Assembly (NCBI GenBank): GCA_035263865.1
Contig: DATFQX010000214.1
Coordinates: forward strand, 1,631-65,630
Length of the DNA: 64,000 nucleotides
Source of the DNA: Xanthobacteraceae bacterium
Lineage (GTDB): Bacteria > Pseudomonadota > Alphaproteobacteria > Rhizobiales > Xanthobacteraceae
Direction: 5' to 3'
Every line of letters begins with the position of its first letter. The stretch's first letter is position 1. The notes beneath the pieces are model-generated. The model was not told the DNA's origin and made no database searches. It saw only the letters and a program-made list of their open reading frames with translations. Both the position numbers and the translations under genes were made by a program. This document shows, piece after piece, positions 45,769 through 55,282 of this stretch.

Positions 45769-46749
45769 ATGACGATTCGCGTCGCCGCGATCGAGGTTAG
45801 CCATTGGCATGCGCTCAACGATGCCGCGTACCTGCGTCATCTCATCGCCATGCCGGACGTGGAGCTGGTCGCCATCCAGGACTTCGACGGCGGTCTTGTC
45901 GCAAAACGCGCCGCCGAGCTGGGGAGCCCGCCAACCTTCACGGATTACCGAAAGATGCTAGCGACGACCCGTCCAAACTTCGTCGTGGCGCTGGGACGGC
46001 ACTGCCAAATGGCCCAGATCGCCCACGACCTGCTCGATCTGGGTTATCCCTTCCTGATGGAGAAGCCGATGGGGATAAGCGCGCGAGAAGTGGAGGCGGT
46101 CGCCGCCAAGGCAGCTCGGCTCAATGCGTTCGTCGCTGTGCCGCTGGCGCAGCGCTACGGGCCCTTCGCCGCACGCGCCGGCGAGCTGCTCGCGGCGGGG
46201 CGCCTCGGCCCGCTGTCGCACATCTACGTTCGGATCAACCGGCCGGGCCCGGCACGCTACCAAGCCTGGGATTGCGCCTGGATGCTCGATCCTGCGCAGG
46301 CCGGCGGCGGATGCCTGCGAAACCTGTGCCCGCACGGCTTGGATATGTTCCTTCACCTGACCGGCGAGGAGGCGCAAGTGACCGGCGCGCAACTCAGCCG
46401 TCGCGCGCATGAACACCCGGTTGAAGACTACGCATCGGTAACCGTGCGCTCGGCGAGCGGCATTCTCGGTACCGTCGAGGTCGGAAATGGCTTCCCCCGT
46501 GACGGGACCGACGGCGAGTGGAAGATCGCAGGCCGCGACGCCATCCTCACGATGAAGGACGGGATCATGAAGCTCGCGACTGCCAATGGCGACGAGATCT
46601 TCCCGAGCGCGAGCGCCACACCGCTCTATTTCACTGCTCTGCGCGATGCGCTCGACCGCTGGCAGCGAGGCGAAGCGCCAAAGATCAGCGTGCACGACTG
46701 CGCGCGGGTCGTTCGGTTGATCGACCAAGCGTACGCGCGCGCAGGGTGA
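45769..46749 (+). CDS. Gfo/Idh/MocA family oxidoreductase
   Basis: 326 aa with an N-terminal Rossmann segment (IRVAAIEVSHWHA..) and EKPM. Confidence 0.8.
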   Translation: MTIRVAAIEVSHWHALNDAAYLRHLIAMPDVELVAIQDFDGGLVAKRAAELGSPPTFTDYRKMLATTRPNFVVALGRHCQMAQIAHDLLDLGYPFLMEKPMGISAREVEAVAAKAARLNAFVAVPLAQRYGPFAARAGELLAAGRLGPLSHIYVRINRPGPARYQAWDCAWMLDPAQAGGGCLRNLCPHGLDMFLHLTGEEAQVTGAQLSRRAHEHPVEDYASVTVRSASGILGTVEVGNGFPRDGTDGEWKIAGRDAILTMKDGIMKLATANGDEIFPSASATPLYFTALRDALDRWQRGEAPKISVHDCARVVRLIDQAYARAG

Positions 46750-46775
46750 CCCGATCCGTCCTATGAAAAGGCAAC

Positions 46776-47555
46776 ATGATGGAATGGCGCAACCAAGTGG
46801 CGGTGGTGACGGGCGGTGGCCGCGGTATCGGCCGAGCAACGGCGCGGCTCCTGGCGCAACGGGGCGCCGCAGTGTGCGTGAACCATGCGGTGCATGCCGA
46901 TGCCGCCGAGGCCCTGGTCGGCGAGATTGTGGCCGCGGGCGGACGGGCTATCGCGGTAGCGGCAGACGTCGCCGAGATGGCCGCGGTCGGGGCGATGGTC
47001 GCCCGCACCGAAGCAGAGCTCGGTCCGGTGACTATCCTGGTGAACAACGCCGGCGTGAGTTGGCAGGGCACGCTGGATACCTATGATCCTGAGCAGGTCG
47101 CCCGCATGCGCCAAGTCAACGTGGACGGCCTGATCCACGCCACGCGCGCGGTGATCGGGAGCATGCGGGCGCAGCGCTACGGCCGGATCGTCAACGTGGC
47201 CTCGATCGCGGGGATCGGCACGGCGCTCTCGGGGAATGCGTTTTATGCGGCAACGAAGGCGGAGGTGCTGATTCTCACGCGGCGCTTTGCTATGGAGCTC
47301 GGCCAGCATGGCATCAGCGTGAACGCCGTGGCGCCGGGATTCGTCCGCACCGACATGACGCAGCGCGGCCGCGGCGCAGCAGACTGGCCGGGGACGGCGA
47401 AAAACTTCGCCGCACGAGCGATGATGGGCCGTATCGGTGAACCTGAAGACATTGCCAATGCGGTGGTGTTCCTAGCGTCGCCGGAGTCAGGTTGGATTAC
47501 GGCACAGGTGCTGACGGTGGACGGTGGACGGATGGACTATATTGGTCACGGTTAG
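46776..47555 (+). CDS. SDR family oxidoreductase (FabG-like)
   Basis: VTGGGRGIGRA, NNAG and YAATKA. Confidence 0.85.
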   Translation: MMEWRNQVAVVTGGGRGIGRATARLLAQRGAAVCVNHAVHADAAEALVGEIVAAGGRAIAVAADVAEMAAVGAMVARTEAELGPVTILVNNAGVSWQGTLDTYDPEQVARMRQVNVDGLIHATRAVIGSMRAQRYGRIVNVASIAGIGTALSGNAFYAATKAEVLILTRRFAMELGQHGISVNAVAPGFVRTDMTQRGRGAADWPGTAKNFAARAMMGRIGEPEDIANAVVFLASPESGWITAQVLTVDGGRMDYIGHG

Positions 47556-47792
47556 ATCGGACGCTGCACAGATGGCGACCGTCGCCGCTCGCTACTGAGC
47601 CTTTGCGGACTATCTCGCAAGCGCCTGTCCTAAGCCCAACCTCAAGCTCAACGACCGATGCCCCGCGGGGCATCGTGCCGCTGCACTCCGTTTGTCAGCA
47701 TCATTTGCGGAAACCTGGTCTGGATTTGCCCTACGAAAGCCATCGACTACACGCATTCAGATAGGAGAGATTCCACGTCGGGGGCTGTAGCA

Positions 47793-48911
47793 ATGATCCG
47801 CGCCACGGTGGTCCGTGCGCTTGTGCTGGCGGCGGCTTTTGCCGCGGCATTGACGCCGGTCACGTCCCTTGGCGAAGAGAGCAATCAGTTGCCGGCCAGA
47901 GCAACAAAGGAGTTGCCGCCCGAGCTGATCTCGCTGCTTCGACAAAAGAAGATGCCGAAACATTCGCCGATCCTTGTGCGCATTTTCAAGGAAGAGGCGG
48001 AGCTCGAAGTCTGGAAGCAGGACACCAGCGGCCATTTCCAGCTCCTCAAGATTTTTCCGATCTGTCGGTGGTCGGGCGATCTTGGGCCGAAGTTGCATGA
48101 GGGCGACCGTCAGGCTCCGGAGGGGTTCTATACAGTTACGCCCGAGTTGATGAATCCCAATTCCAACTACTATCTTGCGATGAACATGGGCTTCCCCAAC
48201 AGCTTCGACAAAGCGAACAACCGCAACGGCAGCCTGCTCATGATCCACGGCGACTGCTCGTCGAGCGGTTGCTATGCCATGACCGACGAACAGATAAGCG
48301 AGATCTATGCGCTGGCGCGCGACTCACTCCTCGGCCGGCCGTCATTCCAGGTCCAGGCCTATCCGTTCCGCTTGACGCCGGCGAATCTGGCGCGGCATCG
48401 AACTCATCCGCAGTTGGCCTTCTGGAAGATGCTCAAGATCGGCAACGATCACTTCGAGGCGACGCATCTCGAACCCAAGGTGGATGTGTGTAATCGCCTC
48501 TATGTATTCGATGCGCAAGCTGCCCCGAATTCGCCGAATCCTCTTGTGTTCAATCCCACCGGCAAATGCCCCGCCTTTGTCGTGAATCCGAAAATCGCGC
48601 GGCGGGCGCTGGAGAAACAACGCGCCGACGAGGTCAAATACGCGCAATTGCTTAAAGACGAGGTGCCAGCCGCCTCAATCTACAGCGGACTCGACGGCGG
48701 AATGAATGAGGTTTTCCTCGCACGGTTTCCGGGCAGAGTGACGCTTGCGAAAGTGATGCCGTATGCGTCTTACCTGCCGCAACTGCCGGCGGTCCCCTGG
48801 GTCGACAACGATGGTTCGTTGACGAGTAAATGGTTTGGCACCTTGTTCTCGCCGACCCAATTGGGTTGCGAGGTGTCCGATCAGGTAGGTGGCGGCATCT
48901 TCTGCTCGTGA
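47793..48911 (+). CDS. L,D-transpeptidase family protein (YafK-like)
   Basis: Signal peptide from the ATG at 47793 and the catalytic block LMIHGDCSSSGCYAM. Confidence 0.85.
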   Translation: MIRATVVRALVLAAAFAAALTPVTSLGEESNQLPARATKELPPELISLLRQKKMPKHSPILVRIFKEEAELEVWKQDTSGHFQLLKIFPICRWSGDLGPKLHEGDRQAPEGFYTVTPELMNPNSNYYLAMNMGFPNSFDKANNRNGSLLMIHGDCSSSGCYAMTDEQISEIYALARDSLLGRPSFQVQAYPFRLTPANLARHRTHPQLAFWKMLKIGNDHFEATHLEPKVDVCNRLYVFDAQAAPNSPNPLVFNPTGKCPAFVVNPKIARRALEKQRADEVKYAQLLKDEVPAASIYSGLDGGMNEVFLARFPGRVTLAKVMPYASYLPQLPAVPWVDNDGSLTSKWFGTLFSPTQLGCEVSDQVGGGIFCS

Positions 48912-49211
48912 CGGCGACCCAACCGAGCAAATCCGCCGCTCAGGGCGTCCCAACTTGCCAGACCGCTTGCCAGCGACACGAAGTCGCGCCGGCTATGCGC
49001 TGATTGCGACCAATTTGCTGCGCCAGCAACGGTCATGGTTCTTCCGCCCAGTCGCGTGGTTGATGTAGTCTAATTCGAGCCTGGCCAGCGGGACGTGCCG
49101 AAGTCCCCTTTTTGGCGGCATGCTGATGCCATCGGCGGGCATCCCACTAAAGACCATCATTTGTGCGGTCTAGACCACGCTCGCATCATGCGCGTGCAAG
49201 GAAGGGTGCCA

Positions 49212-50189
49212 ATGAAACTTCCGCGTCGGAAATTTCTGCATCTGACGGCGGCCGCTGCTGCGCTGCCGGCCGTATCAGAGTTGGCGCGAGCGCAAGACTA
49301 TCCGACGCGGCCGGTGCACTTGATCGTCGGCTTTGCCGCCGGCGGCACTACCGACATCACCGCGCGCCTGATCGGTCAATGGCTGTCCGAGCGGCTCGGC
49401 CAGCAATTCGTCATCGAAAACCGGACCGGGGCAGCCACCAATATCGCCACCGAAGCCGTCGTGCGCGCGCCCGCGGACGGTTACACGCTGCTCCTCGTCA
49501 CGGCGTCGAACGCGATCAACGCCACGCTCTATGACAAACTCGCTTTCAACTTCATGCGCGACATCGCACCGGTCGCGGGTATCATCCGCTACCCCCTTGT
49601 CATGCAGGTCAATCCATCGTTCCCGGCGAAGACCGTTGCCGAGTTCATCAGCTATGTGAAGTCCAATCCCGGCAAGATCAGCTACGGATCGGGCGGCGTC
49701 GGCACGTCGATCCATGTCGCCAGCGAGCTGTTCAAAATGATGGCCGGGGTCGACATGACCCATGTGCCTTATCGCGGTGGCGCGCCCGCGATGACCGATC
49801 TGATGGCCGGACAGGTGCAGGTCGTCTTCAACCCCGTGCCTGAGTCGATGGAATTCATCAGAGCGGGCAAGCTACGTCCGCTCGCGGTGACGACCGCGAC
49901 GCGTTCGGAGGTATTGCCCGACGTCCCGACCGTGGGCGAGTTCGTGCCTGGCTACGAAGCGAGCGCGCTGCAGGGCATTGGCGCGCCCAAGAAGACGCCC
50001 GCCGAAATCCTCGACAAGCTCAACAAGGAGATCAACGCGGGCCTTGTCGATCCCAAGTTGAAGGCGAGGTTTGCCGACCTTGGCGCTGCGGTGTTTCCTG
50101 GTTCTTCCTCCGACTTCGCCAAGTTCATGGCCGAAGAAACCGAGAAGTGGGCCAAGGTGATCGAGTTCTCAGGGGCCAAGGCGGATTGA
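49212..50189 (+). CDS. Bug/TctC family substrate-binding protein
   Basis: Tat-like MKLPRRKFLHLTAAAAA, YPTRPVHLIVGFAAGGTTDI and HVPYRGGAPAMTDLMAGQVQ. Confidence 0.9.
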   Translation: MKLPRRKFLHLTAAAAALPAVSELARAQDYPTRPVHLIVGFAAGGTTDITARLIGQWLSERLGQQFVIENRTGAATNIATEAVVRAPADGYTLLLVTASNAINATLYDKLAFNFMRDIAPVAGIIRYPLVMQVNPSFPAKTVAEFISYVKSNPGKISYGSGGVGTSIHVASELFKMMAGVDMTHVPYRGGAPAMTDLMAGQVQVVFNPVPESMEFIRAGKLRPLAVTTATRSEVLPDVPTVGEFVPGYEASALQGIGAPKKTPAEILDKLNKEINAGLVDPKLKARFADLGAAVFPGSSSDFAKFMAEETEKWAKVIEFSGAKAD

Positions 50190-50232
50190 TGCAGCCGACC
50201 TACATGTAATGTCGCCGCGGTGGATAGCGGCA

Positions 50233-51210
50233 TCATTCGGGCCTGATGTTGGCCGCGCGGATCACCTTGCTCCACCTCTCGGCTTCGGTGGCGATGAATC
50301 GTCCAAAATCGGCGGGTGAACCCGCAAGCGGTGCCGCGCCTAGATCGGCGAGCCGCGCTTTAATGTCGGGTTCGGCAAGGGCTGCGTTGATCTCCTTGTT
50401 GAGCTTGTCGATGATTTCGGGAGCTGTGTTCTTCGGTGCGGCAATCCCGAACCAATTACTAGCCTCGAAGCCCGGTAGGAACTCGCTGACGGTCGGTAGT
50501 TCCGGCAGAATCTCCGGGCGCTCGGCTGTGGTCACAGCCAACGCGCGTAGTTTGCCAGCCTTGACGTGCTCGATGGACGACGGAGTGTCGGCGAACATCA
50601 TTTGCACCTGACCGGCGATGAGATCGGTCAGTGCAGGGGCATTGCCTCGATAAGGCACGTGAACCATCTTCACGCCGGTCATCATGTTGAACAGCTCGCC
50701 GCACAGCTGGATCGTCGACCCAATCCCGGGCGAGGCAAAATTGACCTTGCCTGGTCTCTCTTTGGTGTAGGCAATGAACTCGGGGACCGTATAGACCGGT
50801 GTCGTTGAACCGACTTCCATGAGAAGAGGTCCATTGCTTATGCCCGCGACCGGCGCAGTGTCGCGCATGAAATTGAAATTGAGCTTATCGTAAAGCAGGT
50901 GAGCGATCCCGTTTCCGGGAACGACCAAAAGCAGCGTGTGGCCGTCGGCGGGCGCGCGCGTCACTGCCTCGGTGGCGATTTGCCCCTGGGCGCCCGCTCG
51001 GCTTTCGACGATGAATGGCTGCCCGAGACGCTCCGCCAGCCGCTGACCGATCAAGCGCGCAAGAATGTCGGCTGGGCCGCCGGGCGGAAAGCCGACCATG
51101 ATGCGGACCGGTCGCGATGGATAGACCTGCGCCCGAGCGAAGCGCGACACGGCCGGCAGCGCGACGGCACTCGCGGCCAAACGCAGAAATCGTCGGCGGG
51201 GAAGTTTCAT
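50233..51210 (-). CDS. Bug/TctC family substrate-binding protein
   Basis: MKLPRRRFLRLAASAVA, YPSRPVRIMVGFPPGGPADI and HVPYRGNAPALTDLIAGQVQ. Convergent with the previous gene. Confidence 0.9.
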   Translation of the reverse strand: MKLPRRRFLRLAASAVALPAVSRFARAQVYPSRPVRIMVGFPPGGPADILARLIGQRLAERLGQPFIVESRAGAQGQIATEAVTRAPADGHTLLLVVPGNGIAHLLYDKLNFNFMRDTAPVAGISNGPLLMEVGSTTPVYTVPEFIAYTKERPGKVNFASPGIGSTIQLCGELFNMMTGVKMVHVPYRGNAPALTDLIAGQVQMMFADTPSSIEHVKAGKLRALAVTTAERPEILPELPTVSEFLPGFEASNWFGIAAPKNTAPEIIDKLNKEINAALAEPDIKARLADLGAAPLAGSPADFGRFIATEAERWSKVIRAANIRPE

Positions 51211-51233
51211 TTTGAACCTCCCTGTCGTTCAGA

Positions 51234-51302
51234 TCACTCGATCACCTCGTCGGCACGCGCGAGCAGCGTTTCCGGCACGGTGAGGCCTATCGCCTTCGCG
51301 CA
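51234..51302 (-). pseudogene. 3'-terminal fragment (~22 codons) of a PF04392-type substrate-binding protein gene
   Basis: The minus strand reads AKAIGLTVPETLLARADEVIE*, matching the C-termini of the genes at 44552 and 51594. Nothing upstream continues it. Confidence 0.6.
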
Positions 51303-51518
51303 TGGAGTGACAGATCGTGGACAGGATATCGGCTCCTCTCAATCGCTATGTTGCGCCCGTGCTTCTAACAGCTGATCTGGTCGATTACTGGATCCGTCGG
51401 CAAGTGATCGAGTTCTTGGTCGCGCAGGAAACAGCGGGGCGTCGCGACCCCTGCATCAAATACCACGCCAACGAGCATGAGCGGATCGCGCTTGAGAGCG
51501 AGTTATCGGCCCTATAAA

Positions 51519-51555
51519 GCCACACGCCCATGCAGGCCCGCTTGGCCCCGAAAGC
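51519..51555 (+). repeat. dispersed repeat GCCACACGCCCATGCA-N5-CGCTTGGCCCCGAAAGC (copy B)
   Basis: A 37-nt near-identical copy lies at 52712-52748. This one sits about 40 nt 3' of the gene at 51594. Confidence 0.75.
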
Positions 51556-51593
51556 CTTCCACTAGGCGACATACGCGGCGCAGAAATTCCGCT

Positions 51594-52577
51594 CTATTCG
51601 ATCACCTCATCGACTTGCGCGAGCAAGATCGGCGAAAGGGATAATCCCAGCGCCTGCGCCGTCTTGCTGTTGACCGTCACCTGAAATTTGGAAGGTTGCT
51701 CAACCGGCAAGCTGGCCGGATTGGCCCCTTTGAGAAGCTTATCGACATAGACCGCGGCATACTCATACAGCAGGGGAAAACTAGCGGACATCGAAGCTAA
51801 TCCTCCGTCCACCACGGTACTGCGCTCGTTCGACATGTACCCAATGTGGTGGCCGATCGCTAGCTGCGCAATCCGTTTTGAATAGGGTCCAAAAAATCCT
51901 TGGACAATGACGGCCTGCGCCCCCTCCTTAGCCAGGTCGGAAAAAGCCTCCTCCAGCTCGCTGGGGCCGCCGATTAGCACCGGCGCGACCCGCACGTTGA
52001 GCGCCGAGCCCGCGGCATGAATGTCCGCCACAAACGGGCGACTAAACGGATCAGTGGTCGGCGTGGTTGCGAGCACGCCGACACAAGCGAGCTTCGGAAT
52101 GAGATCGCTCAACAGCTGGATGCGCTTGCCGCCGAGCTCGGCGTCCATGGCGGAGAGCCCGGTGACGTTGCCACCTGGTTCATGCAGGCTCTTGATGAAT
52201 CCGGATTGTAGTGGCGCGCCCGCCACCATCACAATTGGAATGGTCTTCGTGGCCGCCATAGCGGCTCTCACCGCGGGTGTAAAATGGGCGACGATCATAG
52301 CGACGTCGCTCCTAACAAGCTCGGCGGCAAATCGAGCAGCGAGATCGCTTCGCCCCTGAGTGTAGCGGACGTCCAACGTGATGTTGCGTCCTTCCGAGTA
52401 GCCTAGATTTTGCAATCCATGCCGTAGAGCATCGGCAAACGGGTGGGGCTCCGATGCGGAGACCAGAACACCGATGCGGGCCACCTTTGCGGCTGGCTGC
52501 GAAACCGCATGACCGCGCGCGGACAATAGCCAAGCCGCGCTGCTACTGAGCAAGAAAAGGAAATACCGTCGCGTCAT
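51594..52577 (-). CDS. ABC transporter substrate-binding protein (PF04392 ABC_sub_bind type)
   Basis: The ATG at 52577 follows GGGAGG. MTRRYFLFLLSSSAAWLL, ARIGVL, and C-terminal LLAQVDEVIE. Confidence 0.85.
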   Translation of the reverse strand: MTRRYFLFLLSSSAAWLLSARGHAVSQPAAKVARIGVLVSASEPHPFADALRHGLQNLGYSEGRNITLDVRYTQGRSDLAARFAAELVRSDVAMIVAHFTPAVRAAMAATKTIPIVMVAGAPLQSGFIKSLHEPGGNVTGLSAMDAELGGKRIQLLSDLIPKLACVGVLATTPTTDPFSRPFVADIHAAGSALNVRVAPVLIGGPSELEEAFSDLAKEGAQAVIVQGFFGPYSKRIAQLAIGHHIGYMSNERSTVVDGGLASMSASFPLLYEYAAVYVDKLLKGANPASLPVEQPSKFQVTVNSKTAQALGLSLSPILLAQVDEVIE

Positions 52578-52711
52578 GGGACTTCCGCCTCCCAGCCCGG
52601 ACCTTGGGCCCGCCGAGGCTATCACATCCGAAGACGGCGGCGCTTGTGCATCACAACAAATTTTGCTTGGGCAATGTCTCAGATGGGTCAATTGCGATTG
52701 ACGCGGCGGAG

Positions 52712-52748
52712 GCCACACGCCCATGCACGTTCGCTTGGCCCCGAAAGC
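52712..52748 (+). repeat. dispersed repeat (copy C)
   Basis: GCCACACGCCCATGCACGTTCGCTTGGCCCCGAAAGC, compared with copy B. Confidence 0.75.
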
Positions 52749-52788
52749 GGACCGTTGTAGCCCGTCGCATCAGGTCCACGTCTTGCCG

Positions 52789-53184
52789 TCACACCGGCGA
52801 TGCTAAGGCCTTCTCGGTCCGCGGCATCAACACCGCTAGAATGATCGCGACGAGGAAGAGCGCGGGCACGTCCCCGATCAAATGACCGCGTTCGGCCGCA
52901 TCGGTGAAGCCTTGAACGCCCATGATCACCGCGTGAACCACGCTTGACCACACAGTGAACCAGATAAGGCTCCTGTGAGCATAGGGATCTTGCGATGCGA
53001 CGAGCAAGAATACGCCCAGCGTCGCATACACTCCAATGATCATCATCAGATAGTGCGAATGCCCTTGTCCCCAAGCCCAGCCCGAGGGCCACACAATGCC
53101 CAACGTGTATATGCCAAATATAAACGTTAGGCCGACGACGATTAGCGCGATGCGAAAAAGAAGCAGACGAGTTGCATCAGACAT
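52789..53184 (-). CDS. hypothetical integral membrane protein (4 TM)
   Basis: The ATG at 53184 follows AGGAGGG. There are four hydrophobic helices. I am not confident of any family assignment. Confidence 0.6.
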   Translation of the reverse strand: MSDATRLLLFRIALIVVGLTFIFGIYTLGIVWPSGWAWGQGHSHYLMMIIGVYATLGVFLLVASQDPYAHRSLIWFTVWSSVVHAVIMGVQGFTDAAERGHLIGDVPALFLVAIILAVLMPRTEKALASPV

Positions 53185-53315
53185 TTTTGACCCTCCTGTC
53201 CCATATTTCATTCTCAATTACGAATGCGGTCGTCGGATCGGTGACGCCGACGAATCCGCACCGGACTAATTGGAAAACTACTAAGCCGACGCGACTCCCT
53301 GAAATCGCTCGAGGC

Positions 53316-54086
53316 TCACATTGGCTTCTGGAACTTCAACACGAACTCGTCCACCGGCTTGCCGGGCGGCGGCTGTATTGAGAAATCGCGGGCGTCTTCC
53401 GGGTGGCGCCAGAAGCCGCCTTCGCCTACGAGCTTGAACCCGGCCGCCTCGACCTCGCGACGCAGCGCCGCCTCCTCGATGCGATGGAAGGTCTTGCCCA
53501 CAGACGTCCCATCTCCGGGACGTGCCGAATGATCGGCAATGATAAGAAGCCCGCCAGGCTTAAGCGCAGCGTAGAGTTTGCGGTTCATCGCGGCGCGGTC
53601 GACGTTCATGTAGGTCGTATCATGATAGAAGAACAGGAATGTGATGAGATCGAGCTCGCCCACGTCAGCCGGTAACGGATCATCGAACGGCCGCGTCACG
53701 CGCACGATATCTTTTCCCCCCGGCGTCTGCAGCCGCGCGTCGAACCTCGCCTTCGCGCGCTCGCCGAGGTCCGCCGGGTTTTGCGCATAGACAGTGCCGC
53801 CTGGCGCCGCAGCACGCGCCATGAGTTCCGAGCTGTAGCCCCCGCCTGCGCCCATATCGAGCACCTTCATGCCGGGACGCACACCGCTGAAGACGAGCAG
53901 CTTGAGCGGGTCGCGCCGGTTGTCGGTCTGTCGGTCGGCATCGGTGCGATCGGGCGCGGCGATGATCGCGGCATAGTCGGGGGCGCCCTGAGCGACGGCG
54001 CGGGTCGCAGCGAGACAAGCCGCAAGTGTGACGGACGCAGCCAGAAAGGCTGCAGCGCAAACATATTTATTTGAGATCGCAGGCAT
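53316..54086 (-). CDS. class I SAM-dependent methyltransferase with N-terminal signal peptide (COG4798-like)
   Basis: Signal-like AAAFLAASVTLAACLAATRAVAQG and SAM motif I VLDMGAGGGYSS. Confidence 0.8.
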   Translation of the reverse strand: MPAISNKYVCAAAFLAASVTLAACLAATRAVAQGAPDYAAIIAAPDRTDADRQTDNRRDPLKLLVFSGVRPGMKVLDMGAGGGYSSELMARAAAPGGTVYAQNPADLGERAKARFDARLQTPGGKDIVRVTRPFDDPLPADVGELDLITFLFFYHDTTYMNVDRAAMNRKLYAALKPGGLLIIADHSARPGDGTSVGKTFHRIEEAALRREVEAAGFKLVGEGGFWRHPEDARDFSIQPPPGKPVDEFVLKFQKPM

Positions 54087-54454
54087 GCTCCCTACCTTCC
54101 AGGTCCTTGATGCGCCGAGAACTGCCGCAGCATATCCTCAACCCCCCTCGACCCGAAGGCGCTTTTCCTCAATCTAACGTGATGATGCGCGCGCACAAGC
54201 GCGTCTTCCAGAACGCATTCAGGCACAATTTTGCTCAATGCGCGCTTCTGGAAGATTCTTGTAACGCGAGGCAAGCGAAAATTTGCGCTTTGCGTTTTCC
54301 CTCGATGCGGCCGCAGCTTGGCGCGGCGGCGGCCGCGCCGCACGCGGCAGCATTAACCGCAGCTTAACCATGCCGGAACATCATTCGCCTGCGCAGCTGA
54401 ACAGGGCTTCGTGCGCAACTTGCGCCGAAGATGCCCGCACGATGGAGCAGCGCA

Positions 54455-54652
54455 ATGCCGGATCGAAAAGCCTACAGCCTTCGGGATATCCCGGAGCCGG
54501 GCGGGGCCCCTCGCCTGCTCAACGCAGCCGCGTGGCTCGGAACGCTCGCCGCGCTCGAGACCGAATTCAAGACGGTGCTCAGCCAGGACGCAGCGGCGCA
54601 TGAGAAGAGCCTGGAGCCACGCCGCGGGCAGCAAACCCGCCGCGATTCGTAA
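54455..54652 (+). CDS. possible small protein (65 aa)
   Basis: MPDRKAYSLRDIPEPGGAPRLLNAAAWLGTLAALETEFKTVLSQ... has high third-position GC, with GGAG 11 nt upstream. I recognise no family. Confidence 0.25.
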   Translation: MPDRKAYSLRDIPEPGGAPRLLNAAAWLGTLAALETEFKTVLSQDAAAHEKSLEPRRGQQTRRDS

Positions 54653-54751
54653 GTCGAAGGCGCCGAGCGCACCGATTGGCGCGTCGACGACTGAGGACGC
54701 TTTCGTAACGATCGGGTACTCGCCGGATTGGATCGTTCCCGATCCGGCCAT

Positions 54752-54782
54752 CGAAAATAAAAGCCCCGCTGAAAGCGGGGCT
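54752..54782 (-). terminator. Rho-independent terminator (9-bp stem, GAA loop, TTTATTTT tail)
   Basis: AGCCCCGCT (54762-54770) pairs with AGCGGGGCT (54774-54782). The minus strand continues TTTATTTTCGA. It lies about 140 nt after the stop of the gene at 54923. Confidence 0.7.
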
Positions 54783-54922
54783 AGTCCGTTGGGATGGAGG
54801 CTCGGGTCCAAGCCTCCACGCGAGCTTGCCAGGGCACCGATCGGGTGCAACTACGCGATTATACGTAGGTGGCAAGTCTGTGGAATGCGGTCCCCCCCCC
54901 CGGGCGCCTTCATACGTTCGTT

Positions 54923-55282
54923 TCACCCCTCGCGGTTGCCGATTCCCCATAGCCGGCACAGCTCATCAAGCGCCGCTTTCATGCGCTCAAGCGCGGCCGC
55001 ATAGGCTTGCGGGCGGCTCGTCCACCCCAAAGCCTGCCCGATTTGCTCGAGGCCGAACTCCCTGCATACCGCCCATTCCAAAACGTGCGAGCTGATCTTG
55101 CCCAGCACCTGCACCGCCTCGCGATAGCGCTGCCGGTGAAACACCTGGCGTTCCGTCTTCGCAATCCCGGCATAGGCGCCGAGACCGACCGAGATCAGAT
55201 GGCGATATTTCTGCCCTGCCGAATATTGTTCGGCCGTGAGCGCGCCGCGCGCAAAGGCGCGCTCGAGCGGGGCATCGCGCAT
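54923..55282 (-). CDS. phage-associated hypothetical protein, probably 5'-disrupted
   Basis: 119-aa ORF. The 40 in-frame codons upstream of its ATG still look coding (..CDLRALPTPERLRRAGKDVARGNSGQIT) but contain no start. An ATG at 55418 is one nt out of frame. Confidence 0.5.
   Translation of the reverse strand: MRDAPLERAFARGALTAEQYSAGQKYRHLISVGLGAYAGIAKTERQVFHRQRYREAVQVLGKISSHVLEWAVCREFGLEQIGQALGWTSRPQAYAAALERMKAALDELCRLWGIGNREG

Noticed and set aside
47655-47675. The perfect palindrome CGATGCCCCGCGGGGCATCG downstream of the SDR gene, considered as a terminator.
   Set aside because: No T-run follows on either strand. It could be a stem-loop or protein-binding site, but the evidence is insufficient to call a feature.
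51317-51517. A 66-aa GTG-start ORF between the binding-protein fragment and repeat copy B.
   Set aside because: It has no SD, no recognisable family and a mixed composition. It may be a remnant, but I cannot support it as a gene.
54353-54392. A minus-strand reading ..AQANDVPAWLSCG-stop looked like an alphaproteobacterial tmRNA tag (ANDN...AA).
   Set aside because: The tag does not end in Ala-Ala. I could find no tRNA-like acceptor or T-arm (no GGTTCGA-type loop) or two-piece tmRNA structure nearby. The frame is simply the tail of a long shadow ORF.
54790-54900. Possible tRNA or att site at the prophage-remnant edge (hairpin TGGAGGCT-N8-AGCCTCCA).
   Set aside because: The 8-bp stem with an 8-nt loop does not fit a cloverleaf. 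There is no T-loop or anticodon-arm geometry and no CCA-proximal acceptor pairing.
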